Counted from the first letter of the stretch, positions 53,107 through 64,000 are shown. The stretch: DNA of 64,000 nucleotides from an uncultured Verrucomicrobiae bacterium (GCA_963812605.1 CAWEWF010000006.1:256001-320000); one strand, 5' to 3'. Notes: generated by a model not told the origin, from the letters alone. A program made the numbers and translations.

Positions 53107-53460
53107 CTACGTGCTGTCAGCACTCGACTCGAGCAGTTGCCAGAACTTGGGATTGTCCTGCAAAAGCTGGTCTTCGGAGATGGGCAGTTTGCTGCGGAAG
53201 AAGAAATCCTTGAGCGAGTTCTTGCTGAGAATGCACCGCACATTGATGATCTCGGCATTCCGCTCGAAGTAGATGCGATAGTCCTTCACGCGGTAACGGT
53301 AAATCTTCTTCCCGCCGCGGGTAAGCTGGCCAAATTTCTCGTCGTCCTTCTCGAAGTCTTGCGGGAAAAGCTGGAAGCCGTCGATCATCTCGAGCTGCAG
53401 CTTGCGCGGGAGCGCAGCCAGTTCCTTGGCGCTCACGGGGTTGAAGATGATCTGCAGCAT
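53107..53460 (-). CDS. RelE/ParE-fold protein (orphan)
   Basis: MLQIIFN..S..EL, YRYRVKDYRIYF. Confidence 0.7.
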   Translation of the reverse strand: MLQIIFNPVSAKELAALPRKLQLEMIDGFQLFPQDFEKDDEKFGQLTRGGKKIYRYRVKDYRIYFERNAEIINVRCILSKNSLKDFFFRSKLPISEDQLLQDNPKFWQLLESSADST

Positions 53461-53480
53461 GAACGAAGAATAGCGGAAGC

Positions 53481-54185
53481 CTAGGGCCGCGCAAGACAAG
53501 ATTTGGCGCGGTCAGGATGGTTGGTGATGATGCCATCCACCCCCCAACTCGCGAGCTTCTTCATCTCGGCTTCGCGGTTGACCGTCCACACGAAAACCTT
53601 CCAGCCACGCCGGTGAATCCGCCGCACGACCCGCGGCGATGTGATCAATCGGCGGCTGATGCCGAGACCTTCAACGGCCACCGCCGCTTTCAGCCGTGCC
53701 ATCGCCCACAACGGTTGGCGCGCGATGAGGCCGAAACGAGGAATGCCCGGGTTGGCGGCGGCAAACTGTTTCATCCGCGCCACCGAAAGCGAGAAGACAA
53801 TGACCTCCCGTTCCATCCGCAGCTTCGCGACGAGCCCGGCCACCTTGCGCGGGTCCGCCCGCTTGATTTCGATCAGCACCTGCGCCTTTCCTTTGCACGC
53901 GTTAAGCACCTCGCGAAGGGTCGGGACTTGTGGATTCCGCCGCTGGATTTCTGCCAGCGTTTTGTGGCGCACGCGACCGCGCCCGCCGCAAATTCGATTG
54001 AGCCGGTAGTCGTGGAATACGATCAACGCCCCATCGCGGGTTTCCTGTACATCGATCTCCACGAAATCAACGCCCAGTTCGAGTGCCGCGCGCACCGCGG
54101 CCAGCGTGTTCTCCAGATAGCGACTGCTGAAGCCGCGGTGGGCGATAATCGAGGGAAGCCTGCTCACGGGAGGTTTCGATTCCAT
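53481..54185 (-). CDS. glycerophosphodiester phosphodiesterase
   Basis: AHRG, ENT, EIDV, HD, IEIK, WTVN, GVDGIITNHPD. Confidence 0.92.
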   Translation of the reverse strand: MESKPPVSRLPSIIAHRGFSSRYLENTLAAVRAALELGVDFVEIDVQETRDGALIVFHDYRLNRICGGRGRVRHKTLAEIQRRNPQVPTLREVLNACKGKAQVLIEIKRADPRKVAGLVAKLRMEREVIVFSLSVARMKQFAAANPGIPRFGLIARQPLWAMARLKAAVAVEGLGISRRLITSPRVVRRIHRRGWKVFVWTVNREAEMKKLASWGVDGIITNHPDRAKSCLARP

Positions 54186-55632
54186 TCTTCGGCGTAGCGT
54201 TCAAATTGCGCGCGTTCTTCGTCCGGATTCCAACCAAGCAACGGCGCCATCACGTGAGCTACTTGCAGGGCGATCTCCGGTCCGCCGGCCCGGCTAACGC
54301 GAGCCGGGTGCGCCGCCGCATGACATCGCCAAGCGTGATGGCCATCTCCTGTTCGCACGCGTGGATAATATCGCTGGCGAACACGGTTGGCGAATTCGAG
54401 ATTTTCTCGCCGGCTGGATGCGGGACGGTGATTTGGCAATGGGACTTCCGCGGTGCTGGCACGGCCTGGCTGTCACGTTGAGAATCTTGACGGCCACATC
54501 AACCGTCTGTTGCGCGATGGCACGAAAGGTTGTGTATTTGCCGCCCACGATGCTCAACAGGTTTTGCCCATGACGGACGATGCGATGTTCGCGTGAGCGT
54601 GCCGACGGCGACGCGAATCCGAGGCCAGCAGCGAGCGTACGCCGGTAAAGGTCGTGGCGATCTCCGCCTCGGACAGGGGCGCGCCGGGAAACAGCGCCCG
54701 GACTTCAGCCAGTAAATACTCCACGTCGGCCCGCTCGGCGCGGGCGCTGTCGGGATCGCCGTGGAACTCCGTGTCCGTTGTTCCCACCAACGAGTAATCG
54801 CCCCACGGGATCACAAAAAGCACACGCCCATCACGGCGGGCTTGAAAAGCAATGGCGTGATCCCGAGTGAGTCGGGGCAACACCAGGTGGACGCCCTTCG
54901 TCGGGCTGAGGCGCGTTGTGTCGCCATCGAAAGGTGTGAGCGTGCGCACCTGGTCGACCCATGGTCCCGCCGCGTTGATAAACACCGGGCCGTCACCTCG
55001 GAGGTACAGGAACCGACTTCGTCGCGCACGCGCGCCGCGACGATGCGGTCTTCGCGGGTAACGAAACCCGTGAGCGCACAGTAGTTGAGGCAGACCGCCC
55101 CGAGTTCCGCGGCGTGAAGGATGTGGTCGACACAGAAGCGTGCGTCGTCCTCCTGGCAGTCATAAAACATGACGGCACCCCGTAACCCATCGCGGGACAG
55201 TGACGGCTCGGTTTCCAGGGCGAGTTTTGCGGAAAGCGTGCGGTGAGGCGCAACGTTACGGTAAAGCGCGAGCCAATCGTACAGCGTCATTCCGAGGCGC
55301 AGTTTGGCCAGGGAAAGCGGTCCGTCCTTGTAAATCGGGAAAAGAAACGGGAGGGGCTGCACGAGATGCGGGGCGATCCGCCGGAGGATGCGTCGCTCGC
55401 GGCAGGCCTCGAAGACCAGCTTGAAATCGCGCTGCTGGAGGTAGCGAAATCCCCCATGAATCAGCTTGGAGGAACGGCTGGAAGTGCCACTCGCGAAATC
55501 CGACTTTTCGATCAGCCCCGCGTGGAGTCCGCGGAGCGCCGCATCGCGCGCGACGCCCGCTCCAAAAATGCCTCCGCCAATAATCAGGATGTCAAAGTAC
55601 CGGTCGGACAGTGCCGAAATGTCGCGATTCAT
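54164..55632 (-). CDS. glpD: FAD-dependent glycerol-3-phosphate dehydrogenase (several frameshifts)
   Basis: IGGGIFG, DFASGTSSRSSKLIHGGFRYL, NAAGPW, KGVHL, GGKYTT. Confidence 0.88.
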
Positions 55633-55912
55633 TACAAGTCCTTGAAATATAGCAGCTAAGAGTGGAATTGTCTCGGCTAAACCGACTGCTTTTCCCCAAA
55701 AATCGCGTAAGTCTCCTCGAGAAAATTCTTACCGCTAAAGCGTGCATCCGGCGGGTATATTTAGCCGCCAGCAGTCGTGGATTCATGTCGCAACGCTGTC
55801 TGGTCATCAGCTACAATCCTCTGGATTTTCTCTCAGCGCGCGCTAGAATATTTCCAGGTCCCAGGAGGCGTCTTTCGGACAGCACGACCAGCTCGGCACA
55901 CCGTTTACTGAC

Positions 55913-56749
55913 ATGAAAGAGTATTTGGATTTGGTAAGGCTCGTGCTTGACCACGGCAAACTCAAAAAGAGCCGCACGGGGATCGACACGATTTCCTGGT
56001 TCGGCGCCCACTACTCGGTCGATCTGTCCCGAGGGTTTCCGTTGCTGACCACCAAGGAAGTCAACTGGACGGCGGTGTTGCGCGAATTGCTCTGGTATCT
56101 CTCCGGCGAAGATCACATACGCAACCTCCGCCAGCACACCAAGATTTGGGATGCTTGGGCCGATGCCGACGGCAATCTCGAAACCGCCTACGGCCGTTAT
56201 TGGCGGCGGTTCCCCCACCCCTACCAGGAGCCGGCGGTCAATGGCAGGTGCGCGAGGTGGATCAAATTCAATTCGTTATCGACACGCTGCGAAAAGAACC
56301 CTACAGCCGTCGCATGGTCGTCACCGCCTGGAACCGGGCAACGCTGAGACCAGCAAGCTTCCGCCCTGCCATTACAGCTTCGTGTTCAACGTGCAGGGGG
56401 ACCGGCTCAACTGCCACCTCACGCAGCGTTCAGGCGACATCGCCCTTGGCATCCCCTTCAACCTGGCCTGCTACGCCGCGCTCACGCAAATGATCGCGCA
56501 GGAGGTTGCTTGCGGGTCGGGTTCTTCAGCCACACCATCGTCGACGCCCACATCTACACTGCCGCGCGGGACAGCGGCCTTGCCGAATACGACCACGTAC
56601 CGGGGCTGCGCGAACAACTCAAGCGCGAGCCGTGCGCCCTCCCCCACCTGGTGATCGCCAAGAAGCCGTTTGACCAATTGCAATTCGAGGACTTTCAACT
56701 GGTTGACTATCATCCGCAGCCGAAGATCAAATTCAAAGTGGCTGTATGA
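55913..56749 (+). CDS. thyA: thymidylate synthase (frameshifts)
   Basis: RTG, GFPLLTTK, ELLW, LPPCH, QRSGD, PFN, DAHIY. Confidence 0.92.
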
Positions 56750-57231
56750 AGATTGCTCTCATCGTCGCTATCAGCGAAGACGGTACGATAGGCGACAAAG
56801 GCAAAATCCCCTGGCATATCCGCGAAGACCTGCAACGCTTCAAGCGACTCACCATGGGCCACCCCATTATCATGGGACGAAAAACCTATGAATCCATCGG
56901 CAAACCACTTCCCGGTCGCATTAACATCGTCCTCACCCAGAACCCAAACTTCACAGCGCCACCCGGAGTGCTCACGTTTGCCAGCCTCGAAGCCGCTCTC
57001 GACCACTGCGGCAAGCAGAATGCCGAGTCCGTCTTCGTCATCGGCGGCAGCAAGGTCTATCAACTAGCCCTTCCGCTGGCCGACAAGTTGTTTGTGACCG
57101 AAGTGCACCAGCACGTCAACGGCGACACCAAGTTTCCCGACTATGATCGGCACGAATGGAAAGAAACCGCTCGGGAAAAAGGGCCGGAGTGCTGGTTCGT
57201 TGAATATGTACGAAGTCGCGCGACAACGTAG
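56746..57231 (+). CDS. folA: dihydrofolate reductase
   Basis: IPWHIREDLQRFK, MGRKTYES, PLPGR, IGG, GDTKFP. Confidence 0.95.
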   Translation: MKIALIVAISEDGTIGDKGKIPWHIREDLQRFKRLTMGHPIIMGRKTYESIGKPLPGRINIVLTQNPNFTAPPGVLTFASLEAALDHCGKQNAESVFVIGGSKVYQLALPLADKLFVTEVHQHVNGDTKFPDYDRHEWKETAREKGPECWFVEYVRSRATT

Positions 57232-57285
57232 TACAAATCCCCTGTTGAAAAGGCAGCGAGTGGCGCGTATAAGTTTCACAGATAC

Positions 57286-58612
57286 ATGAAACCGACCGAT
57301 CTCCGAGGTATCCTCCATTACGTCCCGCAATTCCGGGAACGGGTCTTCCTCATTGCGGTCGATGGCTCAGTCGTGGCGGATGAGAATTTCGGCAACCTGC
57401 TGCTCGATATTGCCGTCTTGCGCAGCCTGAACATCCATATCGTGCTGGTCCACGGCGCGGGCCATCAGATTAAGCTGTTGTCGGAACGCCTGCACGAGCC
57501 GATCTCCAACCATGACGGCACAGGCGTGACTGATGCCGCGACGCTCAGCATCGCCATCACCGCCGCCACGAATGTCACCCACGAAATTCTCGAGGGCCTG
57601 AAACTTAACGACATTCGCGCAGCGCAGACCAACGCAATTGAATCCATTCCGCTGGGGATCATCAAGGGCATCGACCAACAGCATACGGGCAGGGTGCATC
57701 AAATCGATCTCGTCGTTGCACACCCTCCTCGACAAGGGCATCGTGCCTGTCATCCCCCCGCTCGAATTCGACGGCAACGGGCACACCTATCGGTTGAACT
57801 CCGACGCTGTGGCCGTTGAGTTGGCGCGCGAATTGGGCGCGGTGAAATTAATGTTCATCGGCAGCACCAACGGCCTGGAAATCGACGGCAAGCTGGTTTC
57901 GCAAATGTCCGTGAAGGAACTCGAACTCGCCTTGAAAACTTCCGCCGACAAGTTTGTGCCGGAAATGTTGTCCAAGGCCCAGCATGCGCTGCGCGCCTGC
58001 AGGCCGGCGTCCCCCGCGTCCACGTCATCAACGGCAAGGTGGACGAAGGGTTGCTCGCCGAGTTTTTTCCAACGAGGGCATCGGCACGTTGATTTATGCG
58101 AATGAATATCAGGCAGTTCGCAAGGCGCTGCGAAAGGACATCCGCCACAAATGCGTTAATCAAGCCTTGCATCCAGGGCGAAATTGGTCAAGCGCACCCG
58201 CGCGGCATTGACAAGCGCCTCAACGAATATTACATTTTCGAGATCGACAATAATATCGTCGGCCTCGTGGCGCTGCATTCCCAGCCCGACTCGAAAAAGG
58301 GCGAGCTCGCCAGCCTGGCCGTCAGCCCGGCGCACGAACACCACGGCATCGGCACAAACTGATAGTTCGTCGAGAACAACGCGAGAGAAAAACTCGCCGA
58401 GAGGATCTTCTGTCTTTCGACGCAGGCGTTCACGTTCTTCCAGCACAAAGTGGGCTACGCGGAAGGCACGCGGAGGATTGCCGCCCGCGCGGCGCGCGCA
58501 ATATGAACAAAGCGGCCGGAATTCCAAGGTGTTGATCAAGAGCCTGGTGCCGACGTCCTCTTCCTCGGGCATCCCGCCGCGCGAACCGGCGCTCACACCC
58601 ACGGCCGGCTGA
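57286..58612 (+). CDS. argA: amino-acid N-acetyltransferase (multiple frameshifts)
   Basis: MKPTDLRGILHYVPQFR, VHGAG, TGRV, NEGIGTLIYANEY, GELASLAV..GIG, RNSKV. Confidence 0.82.
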
Positions 58613-58680
58613 ACGTCATTCGCGAACCGGAATGCGTGTTCGATCGCCCTTGTCCACGCTCGCCCCAACAACCACTGGCT

Positions 58681-59169
58681 TTAGGCATCCACCTCGTCGC
58701 GCGAGGCGGCGAAGACTTTCTCGGACAGTTGATTCCATTCGCTAAGGATTTGTTGCTGCGAAGTTTCCAGGCGCGCCAGCATCACGAGATCGCGGTTGAC
58801 TTCATTCAGGCGGGAGGCAATCCGACCCGTCACTTCGCCGCGTTGCGTCTGGAGTTCCTTGAGTTGGCCGGCGAACACGACCAGTCGCTTTTGGGCGGGG
58901 ACATCGAGGGCGCTCGCCCCGGTTTCTTCCGCAGACCCGGCCGCTTCTTTGGACGGCGTGGCCCGCGCGACGGATGCGGACGGCTCGGAGCGGGCGGTCG
59001 ATCGCGGCGGCACGATGACATTCGTGCGGCATTGCGGGCAATCGACGATCATTCCCTCGGCGCTCACGTCCACCACGAGACTCTTCCCACAGGAGGGACA
59101 ATCGAAAAGTATATCCTGGTTCGTCACCACAGCTCCGTCCGCGTTGGCTTTCGTTGGTTGCTTGTTCAT
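58681..59169 (-). CDS. zinc-ribbon plus coiled-coil hypothetical protein
   Basis: FDCPSCGKSL..DCPQC, helical C-terminus. Confidence 0.68.
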   Translation of the reverse strand: MNKQPTKANADGAVVTNQDILFDCPSCGKSLVVDVSAEGMIVDCPQCRTNVIVPPRSTARSEPSASVARATPSKEAAGSAEETGASALDVPAQKRLVVFAGQLKELQTQRGEVTGRIASRLNEVNRDLVMLARLETSQQQILSEWNQLSEKVFAASRDEVDA

Positions 59170-59248
59170 GCAGCACCTGTTCCACCAGAAGGATGCCGCC
59201 AGTACTCAAGCTTTGCAAGTCCGAACATTCCTGCTAGCATCCGCCGCC

Positions 59249-59979
59249 GTGCCAACCAAGCGTCCGCATGTACGGGTCGGTTGCTGCGGCTTTGCGATGG
59301 CGCAGGAGAAATACTTCCAGGCTTTCTCCTGCGTGGAGATCGACTCCAGCTTTTATCAATTGCCCAAGGTCGAAACGGCGGCCCGCTGGCGCGCCGCGGC
59401 CCCACCCGATTTTGAGTTCGCCATGAAGGCGTGGCAGGTCATTACCCATCGCGCCACCAGCCCCACCTACCAGCGCACGCGCCTCGGCGCCGGCGATCGC
59501 GAGCACTGCGGCCACTTCGGGTTCAACCCGACAATCCGCTGGGCCTGGAACGAAACCTTCACCGTGGCCAGGGCGCTCGATGCGCGCCTCGTGCTCTTCC
59601 AGTGCTCGCAAAGTTTCCGCCCGACAAAAGAAAACGTCGCCAATCTGCGGCGCTTCTTCGAGCGTGCCAAGCGCGGCAAGTTTTACATGGGCTGGGAACC
59701 ACGCGGTGAGTGGGATGGGGAGTTGATCGCTTCGTTGTGCCGGGAACTCGACTTGATCCCCGTGCTCGACCCATTCAAACCGAACCGCTTCCGTTGGCAG
59801 GGTCCGCTACTTTCGCCTTCACGGGGTCACGGGTACGCGTCACCGCTATACCAGCGAGGAATGGGCCGGTGCGGACCATCTGCGCGGGACGGCAGCCGAC
59901 CTACTGCCTGTTCAACAACCTGGCCATGACCGATGACGGACAGCGCTTTCAGAAGCTACTGGGCCCATTGGCCCGCTGA
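59249..59979 (+). CDS. DUF72 domain protein (frameshifts near 3' end)
   Basis: VGCCGF, VEIDSSFY, KAWQVITH, LFQ, WEPRG, FNN. Confidence 0.82.
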
Positions 59980-60085
59980 ATGAGGGATGACGACGGCGGG
60001 TAGGTAATTGCGCAACCCCTCGGGAGTGGCGTGGCTGTCCACCCTTAGCGAATCAAACCACAGACCCCGCGTAATCAATCTCTTC

Positions 60086-60656
60086 CTAGGAGTTCCCGGC
60101 GCTCCTCGCCAAATCGAAGGCGGTGAACACCTGCAATCGCGCCGCGGGATCGCGCCACGCGTCCATTGGCAAACCCGCCTTCTCGCAAACCATCTCCAGG
60201 GTCTTCGTCGCGTCCCACCCCTGCTCCTGCGCGACCTTCGGCAACAGCAGCGCGTGCCGCCAGCCTTTTTCGACGATGATCCCATGCCGCAAGACATCGA
60301 ACATCCCGGGTTCCGGCAATTCTTCCGGCGGATTCAAGATGGAAATCTCCGTCGTGAGCTCGCCAAGCTCCGGGGGCATGACCGCGTGAATCGGGGATCT
60401 TCCAGAGCAGAGGCAACCGCGGCATCCACGGCGTTTGCCCAGAGTGGCCGCTCGAAATCCATCTTGCCGATGCAACCGCGCAATTCGCCCTGTTTTTCAG
60501 TGTCACAAACACGCCGCGCGGCGCGCGCAGTCCTTCGGTCACTTCGGATTCGGGAATTTTCCACCGTTGTTCCCCGCGCACTGCGGCCTCGATCGTCGCG
60601 CGCACCCACTGCAGCAGTTTCCCCTGCTCGTCACGGTTGATCGGTGGATCGTCCAT
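60086..60656 (-). CDS. AMMECR1-domain protein (AmmeMemoRadiSam protein A), frameshifted
   Basis: GVFVTL, LRGCIG, EDPRF, EISIL, LLLPKVA, CEKAGL. Confidence 0.85.
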
Positions 60657-60737
60657 GTTACGCCTCAGTGCCCCTTGCCCGCCGCTGCTATACTACGACT
60701 GCGTCCCCAACCCGTCAAACCAGGAAGAATACCCAAA

Positions 60738-61228
60738 CTACAGCCCGAGGCCGTCGAATAACTTGCGACCCTCGGTCGTGGCCGGATCCGGCAGAAAATC
60801 CAGCGCGGCGTCCTTCATCGCCTCGACGTTCATCGGGACTTGTTTGCAGGTGGCGCGAACATAAACCTTGCCCTGCTCATCGCGCAACTCGGCTTCCGAT
60901 TCCCAAAGGCGGCCGCGGTCCGTTTTTAGTCGCGCGACACAAACAAGCTTCTGGCCAACGATAACCTTATCGACGAAGCGGACATTGAGTTCCGCCGCGA
61001 GGCAGAATTGCTTCTGGGTCGAGCGGCGGCCCAAAACATGGCTTCATCGAGCACGGTCGCGAGGATGCCGCCATGGACAATGCCGCGAAAGCCCGCGTGC
61101 TGGGGTTGCGCCGTGAAGTCGGCGTGGACTTCGTCGCCTTCACGGTGGAAACGGAGCTGAAGCCCGTGTGGATTGTGCGCGCCGCAGACGAAACAGTCGC
61201 GAGTGTAGGGAAGTTGTTGTTTGCTCAT
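60738..61228 (-). CDS. PaaI family thioesterase (frameshift ~61035)
   Basis: CFVCGAHNPHGL, HGGILATVLDEAM. Confidence 0.85.
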
Positions 61229-61749
61229 TTCATGAAAACCCTCAAGAGACGACCGACCAGGTAAATGAAAAACCACGTGGGCAACGCGAAGATCAGGATC
61301 GACTCCAGCGACAGCCAGTTCCACGTCACCAAGCCGACCTGCATCGGGTACAACGTGATCAAGAAGTACCCCGAGAACCGCGTGTGCCCCAGGATCTGGC
61401 ACAACGCGCGGTCCTTTTTGCGAAACCCGAGCACGATGGTGAAAATGCCGAGCCCAACGGCGCAAGCCGCGACGATCCACGCAATCGCCGTGCGATCTTT
61501 GATGCTTCCCAAGTAAGAGCAGAAGCCGAGGTTCGAGAGGTGCATCGCCCAGTTCACCCCCGCCCACAGCATGACGAAGCCGTTGCCCACGGCATGGCCG
61601 AACGACACCTTCTTCCGGTACAGTTCGCCCAGCAGCAAAGAAACGTACAACGGCACAATGCCCAGCCAAACCGCGCCGAAATCCCGAAACGGCGCAACCA
61701 GCAACGCCACCAGCCTGACCAGATGTCCCTCCAACGGCAAGAACCGCAC
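61225..61749 (-). CDS. hypothetical membrane protein
   Basis: 174 aa multi-TM, stop overlaps the PaaI start. Confidence 0.65.
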   Translation of the reverse strand: MRFLPLEGHLVRLVALLVAPFRDFGAVWLGIVPLYVSLLLGELYRKKVSFGHAVGNGFVMLWAGVNWAMHLSNLGFCSYLGSIKDRTAIAWIVAACAVGLGIFTIVLGFRKKDRALCQILGHTRFSGYFLITLYPMQVGLVTWNWLSLESILIFALPTWFFIYLVGRLLRVFMK

Positions 61750-61892
61750 CTCCTTCCCCCGCTTTCTAGCACAAGAACGAATTCGCGGGCAAGCAGCCTC
61801 TGCCTTGTAGTGCCCCTGATCAACGAATCTTCTTCACTCCCGTTGGACGTTGAAAGTTGAACGTCGGATGTTAAATCCATTCCCTTCTCCCC

Positions 61893-62017
61893 AGTGGTTT
61901 CGTTTTCCTCCAAACGAACCCGATTCACCTTTTGCGCATTCCCGTCGTAACTCCCCTCTGTATATCGGGTTACAACGAAAATCGCATCACGACAAATCGG
62001 GTTCGTTTCGCAGAAAC
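61893..62017 (-). repeat. AAACGAACCC inverted-repeat element, copy 2
   Basis: AAACGAACCCGATT (61912-61925) / AATCGGGTTCGTTT (61995-62008), flanked by CGCAGAAAC. Confidence 0.8.
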
Positions 62018-62559
62018 ACATGTTTTGGGCGTTCCCCTGTCGCAAGGCCTCCGCAATCAATCGGGCCAGAGGCCGTGATTGTAGGGCGCGATGCCTGTCG
62101 TTTAGGTATCGCGCCGCGCCATTCATCAAAATATTGCCTTCTAGCGCAGCTTTGCCGCTCCGTTTGCCGCCCCTTGCCCTTCGACTCGTCCGCCAAATCG
62201 CAGAGCGCGGCGGCGGAAACATCCTAGCAAAGCAGGCTCACGCTTCGATTCATAATTCACGCGCCGACTATACCCATTTCACCATACCCCGTCCAGCAAA
62301 ATTATCGATTTACGATACATGCGCAAAATTTCACGCCGGATCGCATTTGTGCTATGCGGCGCGTTTCAGGCACAGCCATCAGATTCGAGCCCGCGCTGGA
62401 GTTAAGCAAGATTATAACCTTGAACTCGTTTGCCAAAACCCCGGATCCCGGAGAAGAGAACAATGATGATGTCAGTGGGGGCGTAGGCCAACTGGCAAAC
62501 TACCGGGCCATACGTCTTGGTGCGGTGCGAGCGTCTATAGGCAAGTCATTTGATGGTGT

Positions 62560-63204
62560 TCAATTGACTGCTTTAGCGATTTTCTTGTCCAGTTGGTAAT
62601 TCACGACCTGGCAGTATTCACGAAACTGGCCGGCGTGATCGCGATTGCTCCACCGATTCCTCTCAGCCAGAAGGAAAGCTTTTGTCCAATCTCCATCCGG
62701 TCTTCGCTTGCGCAAACTGGCCAGCGCCCCATCCCAAACAGCCTTCCGATTTTCGCATATTCTTTGCAAATTTAGGTTTAAGACCTTATCCAAATCGTTG
62801 TTGATTCTGGCGTCATCAGAATAAATCACGCCGTCGGCCTGGTACTTGATGAGTACTTCACAGTTGTGCGCTGAATTTGCTGGATGAATTGTGATGTCGT
62901 CATCTCCTTTTTGCGTGTCGCAGTGCTGGAGATGCTTCGCTGCCCCTTCACCTCCATCGCACGCAGCCAGAAGATTTTGGTATTCCAATTGTCTGTCCGG
63001 ATGCTTGTGCCGACACGCCCAGTGCTCAATTTTCATATTCTCGGTAGTAATGCGTCTCATGCAATAGCAGCAGATCCTGCCGTGTTCCGTGAGCAGAGCG
63101 TCGCGCAATTCGTCCTTCTCAGCGTAGTTGTCGAAATTGGAATTCGGTTGCTTGCGATGCTCGATCAGAGATTGCGGCTCATGGCCCTTTATGATGTGCT
63201 TCAT
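62560..63204 (-). CDS. HNH endonuclease, TIGR02646/PtuB-like
   Basis: ICCYCMRRI, IEHW, YQNLLAAC, HCDTQKG, LNLN. Confidence 0.85.
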   Translation of the reverse strand: MKHIIKGHEPQSLIEHRKQPNSNFDNYAEKDELRDALLTEHGRICCYCMRRITTENMKIEHWACRHKHPDRQLEYQNLLAACDGGEGAAKHLQHCDTQKGDDDITIHPANSAHNCEVLIKYQADGVIYSDDARINNDLDKVLNLNLQRICENRKAVWDGALASLRKRRPDGDWTKAFLLAERNRWSNRDHAGQFREYCQVVNYQLDKKIAKAVN

Positions 63205-64000
63205 GACCCCTCCGCAAATGCAATCATAGACCGGGCGCGAAGGATCTCTGGATCGTCTTCACCAAGGAGTCTTCCAAGTTCCCCAAGCTCCTCCTTTGCG
63301 CGTGCCACTTTATCCTCATCAATGAGCCTGAAGCATTGCTTTAGGCGCTCCTTGATCTCATCCGGCCGGTCTAGAACGGCCATCACATCGAACAGCAGCG
63401 AGTTGGCATCACGTCCGAACGTATGGGGCTTATTCTCAAGCAGCTTAAAATCCTCAATCAGGAAAGCTTGCTCCCGCGGCAAATAGCTAAGCACCAATGG
63501 CGAGTGGGTGCTGACGATGAACTGACACTTCGTGAAGGTGCGCTCCAGTGCGGGAATGACCATGCGTTGCCATTGTGGGTGAAGATGCAAATCCACTTCG
63601 TCAATCAGTACAACCCCTTCGCCGTCTAGCGGATTGCGTAATGAAGGATTGGCAATAGCCAACCGGCGCGCCAAATCGCCCGCCATAGCCAACAGACATT
63701 TCTCGCCATCGGACAATTGGTTGACGACCAACTCTTTCCCGTGTTTCTCGATGGTCATCCGCAATAGTGGATGCCGCCGCACCCGGGGGTTAACAAACCC
63801 GGGTAGCATTCTCTCAATCGCGGTTCGCACAGCGTTTAACTGCCTGTCCCTTCCGTATTTTCCTTGTGCCTCCCGCGCGACATTCCCGCCTTTCGCCGCC
63901 ACATCACGAATCCCTTCGTTCTCAATGTCCTCACGGCGTCTGAACCACTCAAAGAAGATTCGGAAGTCGTTCCGGGTCCCGGTGAGTGCCTGATCATACG
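63201..64000 (-). CDS. ABC/AAA ATPase, PtuA-like (5' end outside window)
   Basis: QLSDGEK, DLARRL, LIDEVDLHLHPQWQ, QFIVSTHSP; ATGA overlap with HNH gene. Confidence 0.85.
   Translation of the reverse strand, partial: YDQALTGTRNDFRIFFEWFRRREDIENEGIRDVAAKGGNVAREAQGKYGRDRQLNAVRTAIERMLPGFVNPRVRRHPLLRMTIEKHGKELVVNQLSDGEKCLLAMAGDLARRLAIANPSLRNPLDGEGVVLIDEVDLHLHPQWQRMVIPALERTFTKCQFIVSTHSPLVLSYLPREQAFLIEDFKLLENKPHTFGRDANSLLFDVMAVLDRPDEIKERLKQCFRLIDEDKVARAKEELGELGRLLGEDDPEILRARSMIAFAEGS

Noticed and set aside
18889-58612. ispH, glgP, glpD, thyA and argA as pseudogenes or programmed frameshifts
   Set aside because: Motifs are intact on both sides of single-base indels, some of the genes are normally essential, and no consistent slippery site was seen; sequencing error is more likely.

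Overview
GC-rich bacterial chromosomal window, most likely Verrucomicrobia (PVC small basic protein, PEP-CTERM protein, prepilin H-X9-DG protein, long-tailed ECF sigma factors). Many single-base frameshifts hit even core genes (ispH, thyA, argA), so most are probably long-read indel errors. Content from left to right: YgeY-family hydrolase divergent from a three-subunit xanthine-dehydrogenase-family Mo enzyme; GbsR-wzm-wzt-epimerase-DegT; an ArsR/SRPBCC/VOC/DoxX operon; two divergent ECF sigmas; ispH; glgP; a folD/RluB/cutA block; pirin; an accessory region; a probable ~2500-aa FixC-FixX-acyl-CoA dehydrogenase-EtfB-EtfA fusion; a PEP-CTERM subtilase; glpD-glpQ; thyA-folA; argA; and a Septu-like ATPase+HNH pair at the right edge. 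No rRNA, tRNA, CRISPR array, transposase or integrase was recognised. Most notable observations: (1) three loci where 0.55-1.1 kb cargo cassettes sit between direct repeats (33-76 bp) that duplicate the end of a resident gene, with mostly synonymous mismatches; (2) the all-in-one acyl-CoA-to-quinone electron-transfer fusion; (3) REP elements inserted in frame within proteins; (4) two copies of a symmetric AAACGAACCC element with covarying arms.
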